A DNA stretch of 64,000 nucleotides from Malacoraja senta. Lineage: Eukaryota. The DNA is taken from positions 8,682,001 to 8,746,000 of the forward strand of contig CM075988.1 in the NCBI GenBank assembly GCA_038087875.1, in the 5' to 3' direction. How positions within the stretch are numbered: the first letter of the stretch is position 1; each line of letters begins with the position of its first letter. The notes below the pieces were generated by a model, which worked only from the letters and a program-made list of their open reading frames with translations, made no database searches and had not been told where the DNA came from. The position numbers were made by a program, and so were the translations under genes. Below, piece after piece: positions 24,001 through 36,270 of the stretch.

Positions 24001-26160
24001 AATCAGTCTTAGCTCACTAAGCTTTATAATTAATAACTATTAACTTACAATCATCAACTCTTCATTCAAACTCCAGTTCATTTCTCAAGCTGGTGACAGA
24101 AAGTAAATGGGAACTCGCACTCAAATCATGTTCATGAATGCGTATTTTTTAAGTCATTGTTATGTTGGCAAGGTACACGCAGCATGATGCCATTACAGTA
24201 CAAAGAAAATAACTTGTTGGATCCTGAAATTCAATTGTGCGCTGCATTGTCTTAGCGTGAAGTATTGAATTGAACTACAAGTTGGATTGGGTACAGCAAA
24301 TTAGTCTTCCATTGTGCACTTAACATGGCTATACTTTGACACGTTGGGCATATACAAGTGATGCCATTCTGGCTCATTGGGTGCACTGGAGAAAAAATTG
24401 TGGTCACAATGTGAAGGCATCAAAAGCTTAATGGAGGGGGGGGGGATCTAGTTCCTCCATGAGACTCCACATTCCAAACGTTTCACAGAGAATTGACAAT
24501 ATACTAAATAGTAGTTTACACTTTTGTAACTTGCACAGTTAAACCATTTTGAGGGCATGCCACAATCGCCCCCTTCCCCTTACAATAGGAGGAGGAGAAA
24601 GAACCCAGTAAATGCTGATAACATTGAGGTCTGCAGGAATATGCTTAGAGGGTACCTTTAATATTGCTGATGTTCATTTCAGGATTCCACTCGAGCATCG
24701 TTGGTCGTTTGGTCACAGTTAATCAGCCCAGTGCTAAGTGCAGCAAGATTTTATAACTATTTGAATTTGCAATAATGAAGGACAGATGTGACTGTAATCC
24801 TTAGTAATGAGTACCAGCATGATAGATGCTTCAGGATTATTTCCATGGTATTCATTGCTCCATTTCCCCCACCAGCAATATTCTGGGGCGTTACGTTGGA
24901 AAGAGAATTCTTGGAAGCAATCGGAATTGTTGGTTTAAAAGCTTATTTGAGATGGGATATGCTACAGTGAGGGAGTTGACCATCGTCATGAAGGAATTTG
25001 CATATCATCCTTGTGTAAAGCTGAGAGAAGTTCTTTGCAGCCATAAAGATATTGACCAATGCTGTACCTTAAACCGCCCCTCCTCCCCTGCAGTGATGGT
25101 TCCTGAACTGAAATGTGTCTTCCAATACATAATCGAAATAAAGCATTGGTGCTCTGTCACTGTTGGATAGGCAAGGTAGATAAAGAAATGCAGCCTTCTC
25201 TGTTTTGAATATGTCTTCCCTCTCCTGAGTGCTCAATCATGAGTCTACCCTCACCACAATCACTGTACTGGGTCAGATCAGGGCTTGGTGCATTCAAATA
25301 GTGATGAAAAGTGCCTGCCTCTGCATCTATGTTGCATTGCAGTGCAGGGACAGGGCCAGGGGCATTCATGGGGCTTTGGTGTTAAGGGTTATTTTGCAAG
25401 GTATGGTTCCATAACTAGGACAGTTGAGTATGTTTCCCACAATACACTGACGAGCTTGGTAGTATTTTAATTATGTTGTGAAGTTAGTTGAGTTCCTGCT
25501 GCAGAGCTTCTTGTTAATATCCACAATAATTGTAGCTGCTTCCAACAATTTTCTGGTTAAAAGTATATTGCCGTGAATTCTGCTTGTGGAGAAATGGACT
25601 ACAACAATACCAATCAATGCCATATGGAAATAATGAGACTTCTACAATGCTGATGGTCATAACCAAGCTTTACTGTCATAACTTCCCTTATCATTTTATT
25701 TGCTAATTATTCCAGGTCTCGGTGTATTTACAATATTCAGGCCCACGAGTAAATGGTCTGAAGGCTCTGTGCAGAGCTTTATGTTATATTAAAAATGAAT
25801 TATCTCAACCATCAAGACAGTTGAGCAGGTCTTTGCACAGGTTATGCTATGTCCCAAGCATCTAATGCATTCTATTCTGGCATGACCTATAAACTGCACC
25901 ACTGGTTCTTATCTGTCCACTTCAGTGGGGAATGAGTGTGACTTTTGCCACCAGGGACCTGTACACAAAATAACTTGCCCCCTGGCCTGGGTACCGTTTA
26001 CTTGCCTGCATGTAGGTCCTACCTCTGTGCCACTCTGCTGTGAATGATTGCCATAATTTGAGGTGAATCCAAACAAGAGAAGTAATCTTCCAACTCGATT
26101 GCTGGGAACTTGTTAGTGGCAAAGTTCATTATTTTATTGTCTCCATTGGAAAAGGTGCAA

Positions 26161-26292
26161 TGTCTGAAGAAGGGTTTCGACCCGAAAAGTCACCTTTTCC
26201 TTCTCTCCATAGGTGCTGCCTCACCTGTTGAGTTCCTCCAGCATTTTTGTCTACCTTCGATTTTTCCAGCATCTGCAGTTCTTTCTTAAACA
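26161..26292 (+). mobile_element. Penelope terminal-repeat copy
   Basis: gtctgaagaagggtttcgacccgaaa...ttcttaaaca. Confidence 0.7.
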
Positions 26293-26569
26293 GATAATGG
26301 TCATGATGAGGGGAAGGGTTGTGTTTGAATCAAATAGATGTGTGAAGTAGAAATCATTGTAGAACGATGTGCAAGGAAGGGGGATGCAATGAGGGAGAGA
26401 ATTTGTGCCTACCCGTCATTGGTGATTGGTGTGAATGAAAAGTGTGCCTGCTCAAGTATCTCTACTCTTATAGTTACTATGAAAGCTGATTGCTGACCTA
26501 GAAATAGCTGGATACATTAGCAGAAGTGTTTGCATGTTCTCCAGAGATGCTGCCTGACCTGCTGAGTTA

Positions 26570-26929
26570 AGGGCCTGTCCCACGAGCATGCGACTGCATG
26601 CAGCAAGCACGACCTAACGTGGTCGCTTGAGCCGTACGGCCTCGCGGGGCCGGTCCCACTTCGATCGCCGGAGCTGTATGGAGTTGTGCAGAGCTGGTCC
26701 CGACATCGCGCGGGGCTCCGAAAAACTGACACTGTCCAAAAATTCCGCACGGCAACGGCCTGCCTGCCCGCAGCCGCATTGAGGCCGTACGCACCGCCTC
26801 GACGGGCGTGCGCAGCGTCTTGACGCCGTACGCCTTCGCTCGAACTTCACGTCAACTCGTCTGGGATCACTCGACCTCCGCGCGGGTCGCGCTTGCCGCA
26901 TGCAGTCGCATGCTCGTGGGACTGGCCCT
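26570..26929. mobile_element. Complete PIF/Harbinger MITE (360 bp)
   Basis: About 45-bp terminal inverted repeats (AGGGCCTGTCCCACGAGCATGCGACTGCATGC..., 3 mismatches) with a TTA TSD at 26567-26569 and 26930-26932. Confidence 0.9.
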
Positions 26930-27421
26930 TTACTTCAGCACTTTGTTCTTTTGTGTATTACCCAGCATCTGCAGTTCTTTGTTTCTACTCCATACAACTA
27001 CATGCAATGATAATCCCTTACTTGGTTGTAACGGACAATTAGTAATAATGGGCACCACTCCCCTCTCCTCTCCTCTTCCCCACCCCCTCCCCTCTTTCCT
27101 CCCCCGCCCCCCCCCCCAAATGCCTGCACCCCAATGTCTCTTATAACGAGGGTTTACTGTACTTATGAAAAGTTACCAGGATTCGTATTTTCCGGACCAT
27201 CCAAGTGCTAATGCTTGTACAAGATCCCCTTTCAAAACATGCATTGATAGGACTTGGAATAAATTGAGGGGGCAGAATGTGTCTCTCAACCCTTTTAGCC
27301 CAGTCGCACCGACCAGGCACTAAAGTCAATCCTGATTTCAGTGTATGATACTTAGAAACCTTTTGAGTAGAAAGTTATATGCTCAATTTCGCTTCATTAC
27401 ACAAGAGATAACTTTAACAAT

Positions 27422-28094
27422 TCATCCCTTCCCACCCGAACCACCCTGGCACTTTCCCTTGCAACCGCAGGAAATGCTACACTTGTCGCTTTACCTCCCC
27501 CCTTGACTCCATTCAAGGACCCAAGTCTTTCCAGCTGCGGCAGAGGTTCACCTGCACCTCCTCCAACCTCATCTATTGCATTAGCTGCTCTAGATGTCAG
27601 CTGCTCTACATCGGTGAGACCAAGCATAGGCTTGGCGATCGCTTCGCCAAACACCTCCGCTCGGTTCGCAATAACCAACCTGATCTCCCTGTGGCTCAGC
27701 ACTTCAACCCCCCCTCCCATTCCGAATCCGACCTTTCTGTCCTGGTTCTCCTCCATGGCCAGAGTGAGGACCACCGGAAATTTGAGGAGCAGCACCTCAT
27801 ATTTCGCTTGGGCAGTTTGCACCCCAGTGGTATGAACTACTGGGGTGCAAACATTGACTTCTCTAATTTCAGGTAGTCCCTACTTTCTCCTCCCCTTCTC
27901 AGCTCTCCCTCAGTCCACTGGCTCCACCTCTTCCTTTCTTCTTCCCGCCCCCACCCTCATATCAGTCTGAAGAAGGGTCTCGACCCGAAACGTTGCCTAC
28001 TTCCTTCGCTCCATAGATGCTGCCTCACCCGCTGAGTTTCTCCAGCATCTTTGTCTACCTTCGATTTTCCAGCATCTGCAATTCCTTCTTAAAC
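27422..28094 (+). mobile_element. 5'-truncated Penelope-like element (Neptune-type): GIY-YIG endonuclease end plus terminal repeat with hammerhead core
   Basis: Open frame to TAG 27876: PCNRRKCYTC...FTCTSSNLIYCISCSRCQLLYIGETKHRLGDRFAKH...VAQHFN...EQHLIFRLGSLHPSGMN. 11-bp TSD actttaacaat (27411-27421 / 28095-28105). Confidence 0.9.
27965..27997 (+). ncRNA. Minimal type I hammerhead ribozyme motif (Penelope-associated)
   Basis: CUGAAGA, stem II GGGU(CUCG)ACCC, GAAA, then a palindromic AACGUU helix III. Helix I is only about 2 bp; activity untested. Confidence 0.6.
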
Positions 28095-30415
28095 ACTTTA
28101 ACAATGCAGTTCATCAGCACTTTTTGAACCTTATTGCTCTAAGGCAAGTGCTACCAGATGAGCCTTTGGATGTAGAGATTACAATTGCATACACTACTCA
28201 AAGTGAGGGTTTACTGAAGTATTGTAAATCTCAGCAAGATCTCGCTGCAATAAGTGGCAACAACCATTTCCCATCTAATTGCTTGTGTGTCTCCATCTTC
28301 TTGCATTTGTTGAGTCACCCCCAGATTCCTCAAATGTTTGCTCTTTTCCCAGGAACAAAAAATGTGTTTCAACTAAAAATGAATTAAAACATATTTGTGG
28401 GTCACATATAGGCCAGACTGGCAAAGGATGACAGATTTCCTTGCTTGAAGGATGCTGGGCCAGGTGGATTTTTGTTGCAATCTGTTAGTTTCATGGTTTC
28501 ACTGGCTTTTTATTCCACTCCATTTAATGAACAATTTATCTTTTCTATTTTTTTATGGTCGGGAATTGAACTCTTATCCTTGTATCTTATTCATCTATAA
28601 AAATGGTTTGCATTAGAAAGGAAGCTGCAAAGTAACTTTGTTGTCTATGGATTGAAAGCCCTTTTTTGAGTGGTTTAAATTTTGAATCGCTGGATTCTGG
28701 GGAGTGGGGGAGAGAAAGTTATGGCAAGGAGTTCCTAAACTTTGAAACGAGAGAGAAAATACAATTTATTTAAAATAAAATAAATAAAAAGACAGCTCCT
28801 CACAAAATAAGGTAATGGTAATTTAAAAAATGGACATATAACAGTCTTCCCAATAATTTAAAGGATAAGTGCACTGAAGTAACAGTTTGTCCAGGGTTGA
28901 ACGTACATGTGCTAAGGTGATTTTTGAACAGCATGGAAGTTGTGCATCATGATTTGTTTTGGCATGTTTTAAGCTGAGTAAGGGGAGCAGAGAGAGGGAC
29001 TCAAAATCAGTGTGTCCTCTCTCTGCCCACATTTTTACTTACTATCTTTTTAAATTGGATGTTTTTGGCATGTTGTCGAAATAATCAATTCCCTGTTCCT
29101 TGGTATATGTGAGGCAATGTAAGTTATACTGTTATTATGTGTTACTCAGGAAATCTGTTTTGTAGGTGGACAGAGTGCTCTGTACAACTGCATGTAGACT
29201 AATACCTGTGAAAATTGTGTTGAGGTTTACAGGCTGTGAATTAATCATGTTTAATAAATGTACATAACAGACTTTGGAAACATTAGTTGTTAACCACCTA
29301 CAATTTTACATTTAATGTGTTGCATCTTTTTGTAAATGCATTGAAACAGTGAATTAAAAACACTTACATTTGCAGCATCACTAGAGAATATTGAATATCT
29401 TTCCCAAATTCCTTAACATTCCCACTGGCATATACTTCTATAGGGACAGGGAACCTTTAATTCATAATAATCAACATAAGAATCCTTTAATGTTCATACT
29501 AGAGTGGCAATTGGCATTATTAGAGTGAGGAGAATTGTTGTGTGTGGAAATGCAGACCTGAAACATTACCTGGCTTTTTGTCTTTAGAAGCTGTGATGGA
29601 CCAGGAAAGTATCACCAGGATTTTCTGAGGGACTTTTACAAAGGAGCTAGGTATTGAACAGCTCTATTTGCAGTATATTGCTCTATGTAACAACAGCAGA
29701 ATCTCTAAAGTAGCTTTCCAAATCTCTCAGATTTTGATGTAAGCATCCATTTTTTCTGCGAGGTGAAAACCTGTAAATTTACTACCTAGCTTCACCAAAA
29801 GTCCACAATAATCGGCCCACGTAACTTTCTTTGTGATTTTAACCACTTCAGGCATGATGTCTAATGAGGCATTTGCTTTAAAAAATAAATATGTTTTAGT
29901 CAGGGTCCCCATAACTTTGAATGCGTCATAGTCCTGATGTCAGTATTGTCTCAACGTTTTGTATTAAGGGAAATAAGAAATAAGATTATTTTGCTACTGG
30001 TCCTCAGGAAAGACACTAATTACTGTTCCACCCTTGGCAGTCTCCTGCCACTATCGGGAGAGTACTTGTCTGCTGTCACCATCATCGAACACTATAAGTG
30101 TGATAGTGAAATTATGTTTTTACTGTTTCTTAGATTGGCATGTATCAAGTAAGATTTTTTTAAACTGAATCAAGTTTTCTTTTGTTCACAGTATGAATCT
30201 GAAGGGCAAGCTGGGCCTGTAATGTAGGACAGCACCAAGAGCAGGAAAGAAAGCATTTTTGGTCAATATTTAGGAGATCAAATAGGAGTTTCTGGATTTT
30301 CACTCAGTGGGAGGAAGGGAAGTAGTCCTTCAGTTCTGGGGTTCTAAGAAAGAATACATTTTAATTTGTGCTTAAAACTACTTTTAAGGTCTGCCTTATT
30401 TTCATTCCTATACAG

Positions 30416-30764
30416 ACTCTAAAGAGGTGCTATAGTCGAGTGAAGGAACGAGGTCGTGGTAAGAGAACCTGTAACTATACGTTTCAACAGCTGGAGCAGG
30501 TCTTTGGACGCGTGCCTGTTGTATGGGAACCACACGCCTATCAGCCTGTCCTTATTGACAGCAGTGGACTCTACCAGGACACAAAACCAGTCACTATTAA
30601 TCTGGAAGAAAGCCGGGAAGCTCAGCCAACAGAGTTGGAAGATTGCAGAAACGAAAAACCAGATTTGCTCATCAAGCAGGAGGTGCTTATGAATCCGAGG
30701 CAGGAACTGCAGGCCTACCAGAGGCAGGATCTCGCTGTTTACCAGGACGCAGATGAGGATGTAG
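30416..30764 (+). CDS. MSANTD2: MSANTD2-like coding exon 2
   Basis: Pyrimidine tract plus TACAG acceptor. Encodes TLKRCYSRVKERGRGKRTCNYTFQQLEQVFG...QPVLIDSSGLYQ, continuing exon 1 in frame. Donor G|GTGAGC at 30765 (phase 1). Confidence 0.9.
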
Positions 30765-30861
30765 GTGAGCAACTTGTTGGCATTATTCTTTTAGTACAAC
30801 CAGAGGATCATATGTCTGTGGCATTTCTGGCTTTTGAATCGGTCTGTCTTATTCTTTGATT

Positions 30862-31492
30862 TAATCATAATCATAATAATACTTTAATAAAACATCCACC
30901 ACAGCGACTCCACATTCCTCACTGATGGAAGGCGAAAAAAAGTTCAATCTCTTCTCTTCTTTGTTCTCTCGCGCTCAAGGGCCTCGAACCTTCTGTTGAC
31001 GGGGCGCTCTTGGTTCATGTAGCTGGCGGTCGGGCCCTCGCGTCGGGGCGATCAAGCTCCTGCATCGGGGGGGTGGGGAGGGAAACTCGGCTCCCCCGCC
31101 CTGGGCGATCTGACCCTTAGTCAGGGCTAGTCGAAACCTCCTGCGTCATTTGGAGCTTCCCGAGACTGCGAGCTCCTCGATAGTGAAATCCGCAGGCCGT
31201 GGTTGGAGCGTCGATCCCAGGCAAGGGATCGGCTCTGATGTTAAGTCCATGGTCCCGCGGTGGGGCTCAAAGTCAGTCCTGAGCAAGGCCCCCAGCTCCA
31301 TGATGTTAGGCCACAGAGCGACCGGAGATACGATCCGGAAAACAATTGCATCTCGGGCAAGGTGAGAGATTGAAATCTCTTCCTCACTCCCCACATAAAG
31401 CAAACCAGAGAACATTAACACATACTTTTAAAACACACTAAAAATAGCCCCAAAAACAGGCAGACTGTTGGCGAGGCTGCCATCCTGCGGCG
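30862..31492 (-). mobile_element. GC-rich non-autonomous retroelement (same family as 13945-14512)
   Basis: Shared 3' block. The minus strand begins with an aggatggcag motif and ends in a (tta/tga)n-like tail. Confidence 0.6.
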
Positions 31493-33303
31493 AATCCTGG
31501 TGGTATATAGTCTTGTATGGCAAGGAATCATGACAATTAAACTAATGGGTTCACAAGAGTAAAATGAGTGTACAATCATGTGTACAATTGTTTTCATTGC
31601 ATGCAATTATTGTCTGATCATAAATGATCCACATCCATGAATGATACTCAGAACTGGATTTAGGTGGAGGAACCAACCAATCCTTCCCCAACCCTAACGA
31701 GAAAAAGGTACTGTTTTTATGCGCACAAAAGTTGTGGTTTCTCAAACACGTGAGAATGTTGCCACATTTCAGTGGAGTGTTGAAAACACTAGTTTTATTT
31801 CTTGTGTAGGGAATTTAAAAAGCAATAACGAGTAAGATCTTAGGCCTACTTAAAGTTGTCAATCCCAATGAGGCCTGTCTCTATGGACACTTTTTATTCA
31901 CATCTGACTATAGCAGGTCGGCTTTGCTGATATATATTGGTTCTAGTCTTACAGGATCATAAGTTCTAGGAGCATAATTAGGCCATTCGGCCCATCAAGT
32001 CTACTCCGCCATTTATTCACGGCTAATCTATCTTTCCCTCTCAATCCTATTCTCCTGCCTTCGCCCCATAATCCTTGCTGATCTAGTCTTGTTACAAAGT
32101 TGCTTTACCTTTGTTATTTAAGAGAAAATTCTGTACATTAACTTAGAATTATTCAAGAACCATCCAAATCAATCGTACTTTTTTTTCACTGCCAAAGTGT
32201 TTTAAATTGAGTATTAAAGTTAAAATTTGAATTTGAATAGTTTCTAAGACATGGATCCATTTGGATGAAAACTTAGCAAAGTACCCTTTATTACTTAAAA
32301 CCCCCCCAACGGTATTGGACCAGCATAGCACTTTTGTGGGTGATTGACAAGGTCACAATGTTGGCATGCGTTTCAGTCCAGAAATAATATCTTCCATTGC
32401 CTTTGAAACCTCCAACATCACATTACTGGTTTGTTTTAATGTAAAAACTTTCATTTGCTTTTTAGGTGGATTATATGACCCAAACCTCTTTTTCTCACTT
32501 AAATACTTGCTTGTGTGTGTGTGCGTCATTTCAAATTAAATAAAAATTGTAACTACAATTTAAAGTAAAATCATGTAAAATCTGAAGCAAAATCATTATA
32601 GATGACAAGTTTAGAATAAAGGCTAAAGTTCTACTGTGGTGATTAAAAGAAAAATCTGATAAAGTTATTATAAATATATCAGTATCATTTTCTGAATTTC
32701 AAATTAAAATACTCCAGGAATAAAATTCTGGAAATGAGCAAGATATGTTGCTGTATATTTTGAACCACCAAGGAATGTGAGTCAGCATGTATTGCTACCC
32801 TCTAATTCTCCCTTAGCTTGCCAGGCCGTTTCAGATGGCAGTTAAAAGCCAACCACTGTGTCCAGAGTCAATTAATGATCCCTCGGGGTAGGTAAAGATA
32901 ACTATTCTCCATTCCCGAGGGTTATAATGTGAAACGGGCATCGTTTTATGATCGTCCAGTGTGTTTCATGGTCAGCTGATACTGGTACAACCTTCTTTGT
33001 TTCTAGAGCTGCCTTGGAGATAATTGAATTTGTTTCCAGATCAATAGTCCAGTGTCATGCTACCATGTCCATAATGTCACCTTTTATAATATCATCTTGT
33101 ATTTTGCAGTATCCTTTATCATAATAAAATGTCGCAAAAGCACCTGACTAGAGTGTCATGTTGCATTTGACATTGAGTGATAACATTTTTATTATGATTT
33201 AAAGATTTACCTTAATGTCAACCTTAAAATCCAACTTTACAGGAAGGATGAGAAAAAAAGGCAGAAAGACACGAAGAAGAAATTCCAGAGCCTGGTTCCT
33301 TGG

Positions 33304-33720
33304 ATTATAATAATAATAATAATATCTTTTATTGTCATTGCACGTCAGTGCAACGAGATTTAGTATGCAGCTCCACCGATGTACAAGAAAAGTAAAATAA
33401 ATAAATAAGCAAGCTGAGTGACGTGACCATCCGAGGGAGACTGTCCGGGGGGGTGGGTGGGGGGGCACTCAGTAGGGCCGGTTCAGAGCCGCTATAGCTC
33501 TTGGAATAAAGCTGTTTCTGAGTCTGGAGGTTCGGGCGTAGAAGGCCTTGTAACGTCTGCTGGAGGGAAGTAGTTCAAACAGTCCGTTACAAGGGTGTGA
33601 TGAGTCCTTATGGATGCTGACGGCCTTCCTGAGGCACCGTGTGTGGTAGATGCCCTCCAAGGCTGGTAGCTCTGTCCCAATGATCCTCTGCGCTCTGTGG
33701 ACGACGCGCTGAAGAGCTCT
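33304..33720 (-). mobile_element. Rex1/Babar LINE 3' fragment
   Basis: RALQRVVHRAQRIIG...SHPCNGLFELLPS.RRY...RLRNSFIPRAI is homologous to the C-terminus of the 7737-9309 element. AATAAA plus (TTA)n tail. Confidence 0.85.
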
Positions 33721-35784
33721 TGTAGTGTAGTGAGAAGTTGAAAGTGAAACTTTAAAACCATTGGCTGTATAAGATTTTCTATACAAAAGACCACTGCGCT
33801 GCCAAATATCCTCGTTATACCACAATTATACCGGTTTATGTTTTAACTGTATGGAATTTACTTCTGATGGATATTTCATGAGTCTGTGGGTTAGTTGTTG
33901 ATATTCTCAAAGATTTTCTGATGCAAGGCAATACCTCTGTCAGGATGTGTGTGCCTCTCCTGTTTTCCCTTCATTGTCTCACTAAATGGATACCACAGTT
34001 TCAAAAACTGCTTTTATTGCTGATGACTACTCCTACCCAATTTGCTGAAATTGGTAATAATTCCTGCCATTTCAGTAGGGCATGTCAACTAATTGTATGT
34101 TTCCACACTTTGCTAGCACAGAATAAGCAAAACAAGCCTAAAGCGGTAGACGCTGAATAAGCGGATCATATATTTACGACTACAATTTCCTGCACTTCAT
34201 AAGGGAAATTCTGTTTTGTTCTTTGGGGCAAAGATTATGTGCATGTGTAGCAGACCTATTAAGTTGATTTGATCCAATGATGAACATTTCCTTATCAGCC
34301 AAATGAAAAGAATGATAATATAACTGGAGCATAGAAAGTATGGAACGATTCTTAACTAATTTGTACGTATGTTGTATCAACTTGCAGAAAATTGCACCTG
34401 AACAGTCCCTGTTGCCATTCAGTTCTTGCCTTGTTGAAAAACATTTGTGGTTCAGAGGCAGCCCTGTTCGTTGACTTGAGGCTTCTACATGTTGGCAGAT
34501 ACTGAAAGCTCTGCACAAACATATTATTAAATACTTGCTTTGGAAAGCCACTATAACAATGTGAAACTGAAGGGCATTGGAGGACTGAGGCAGTGATATG
34601 TCCTTGTTTATGATGTAGGATTATATTTAGTAGATCATTCTCTCTCAGATGTTTCCTTAAGATTTTATCGAAACAAAGTAACTGATACAAAGCTGTTGAG
34701 CAACTAATGAACTGAGATATTTGAGGAAGAGTAGTTAATAGCCAGCTGTTTGTAATATGTTTTAAAAATACTCTTAATATTGTTTTACTTATTTTGGGAG
34801 ATATTCTAAGGGAGGAGAAGCTGTACAATCTTTGTGAGCATTCTCTAAATGCTGCTGAAAGCACCAGAGAAATAATTCCTTATAGTTACTCCCTGATAAC
34901 TGTCACTGGTAAAATAGATATTGCATTTCTACTCCTGCGAAGGCTGTAATGCACCAGTTTTATTCAGCTGTTGCCTGTGAATTGTTAGTCGGCACATTTT
35001 TTCTTGTCTTAATGGAGGATTTGTAGCTAGAAAGGTGTGTTGGTCCTAATTCAATATCAGGTTAAATCTGCCTGGCAATTGAATATATAAATTCAGAAAT
35101 TAGAGAACTGGCTCAAAGCAGTCTGATCCATTTGGAATTTGTTCTAAAAAAATATTCTGTTATAAGCGGAGGTGTCGGCAGTTTAACTTGAGCCAAAGTA
35201 TAATCCAGGAGTATGCCTCCATTTGTTCCATCTACTCTGACCCTCGTCAACTTCTTTCTTGATCTATTCCTCTTCTTTTGTATGCAGTCACGTCTTAGGT
35301 TCAATAATTTGTCAGTTGGCGTTATACCAAGCTTAAAATATAGAAGATAAATTAAGTTTTCACCTCCAGTAAAATTATTTGGTGGATATGGGCAGCTGCT
35401 TTTTTTTAAATAGGAGGAATTCTTGTTGAGTGTTGCAGATTTTGCGGCTTTTTTGTCATAAAGAGATCTGATTTTTCTCCCGACAAGAAACATTGTTTGT
35501 AATTGATCGGTTGTCTTCTAGGGAACATGGGGTGCTGTTTGTGTGCACAAAATCTGTATCTTTGCTAATTCAACAATTACACTGTCATCTAGTTAATAAT
35601 TATCCTCCACCCCATGAACAGCCTCGCAGAAACCCAGCAAGAGGTGTTGGATTTTATGAAGCGTATCCATTTTGATATCTATAATTGCATTAATCAACTG
35701 GTCTGCAGCATTTCCACAGACAAAAATAATATTTTGAGTTTCATAGTTGAAGCTTGCCAAAAAAGGTAAGTAAAAACACTTGTT

Positions 35785-36270
35785 TGGGCACAACTAGGGT
35801 ATTGTGACCAGTCTGGGCGTCATGCTTTAGCAAAGATGTAAAGGCTTTTAAGAGGGTGTAGAAGAGATTTATTAGTATGATTCCATGGATTAAGAAACTT
35901 TAGTAATGTGGGTTGACTGCAGACTGGAACTGGTTTCTTTTGAACGCAGTTGGTTGCAGGGGGAGCTAAGAGAGGTATTTAAGTCATTGAGTACGGGCAG
36001 CGTAGTTAGAGAGAACCTGTTCCTTTTGCAAGTATGTTTAACAAGCAGAAGCCAGAGAATGAAGTTGATTCCAAAAAGAACCAAAAGTGAATATCCTCTA
36101 AAATACACTAGTGGAAGGTGATTTAATTATGGTGTTCACAAATATGAGCTGGATAATATATAAAACAAAATAATTGCAAATATGGGGAGAGAGTGGAAGA
36201 CTGCAATTATTTGCATTACTTTTGCAGAGAGCCAGTATGCATCCAATGGTTTCCTTCTGTGCTGTAACGT
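35785..36270 (+). mobile_element. Old CR1 3' fragment
   Basis: Degenerate gagagggtgtagaagagattta...agactggaactggtttct (ERVQRRFT...RL.L.SLE-like). Confidence 0.5.

Noticed and set aside
27422..27876. Link between the intronic Penelope GIY-YIG and the GIY-YIG-like repeats in exon 4
   Set aside because: The insert is a recent TSD-flanked element with no visible similarity to exon 4 beyond generic motifs; the co-location is probably coincidental.
34352..35493. Minus-strand ORFs of 170 and 126 aa in intron 2
   Set aside because: No recognisable domain; composition looks like random AT-rich sequence.
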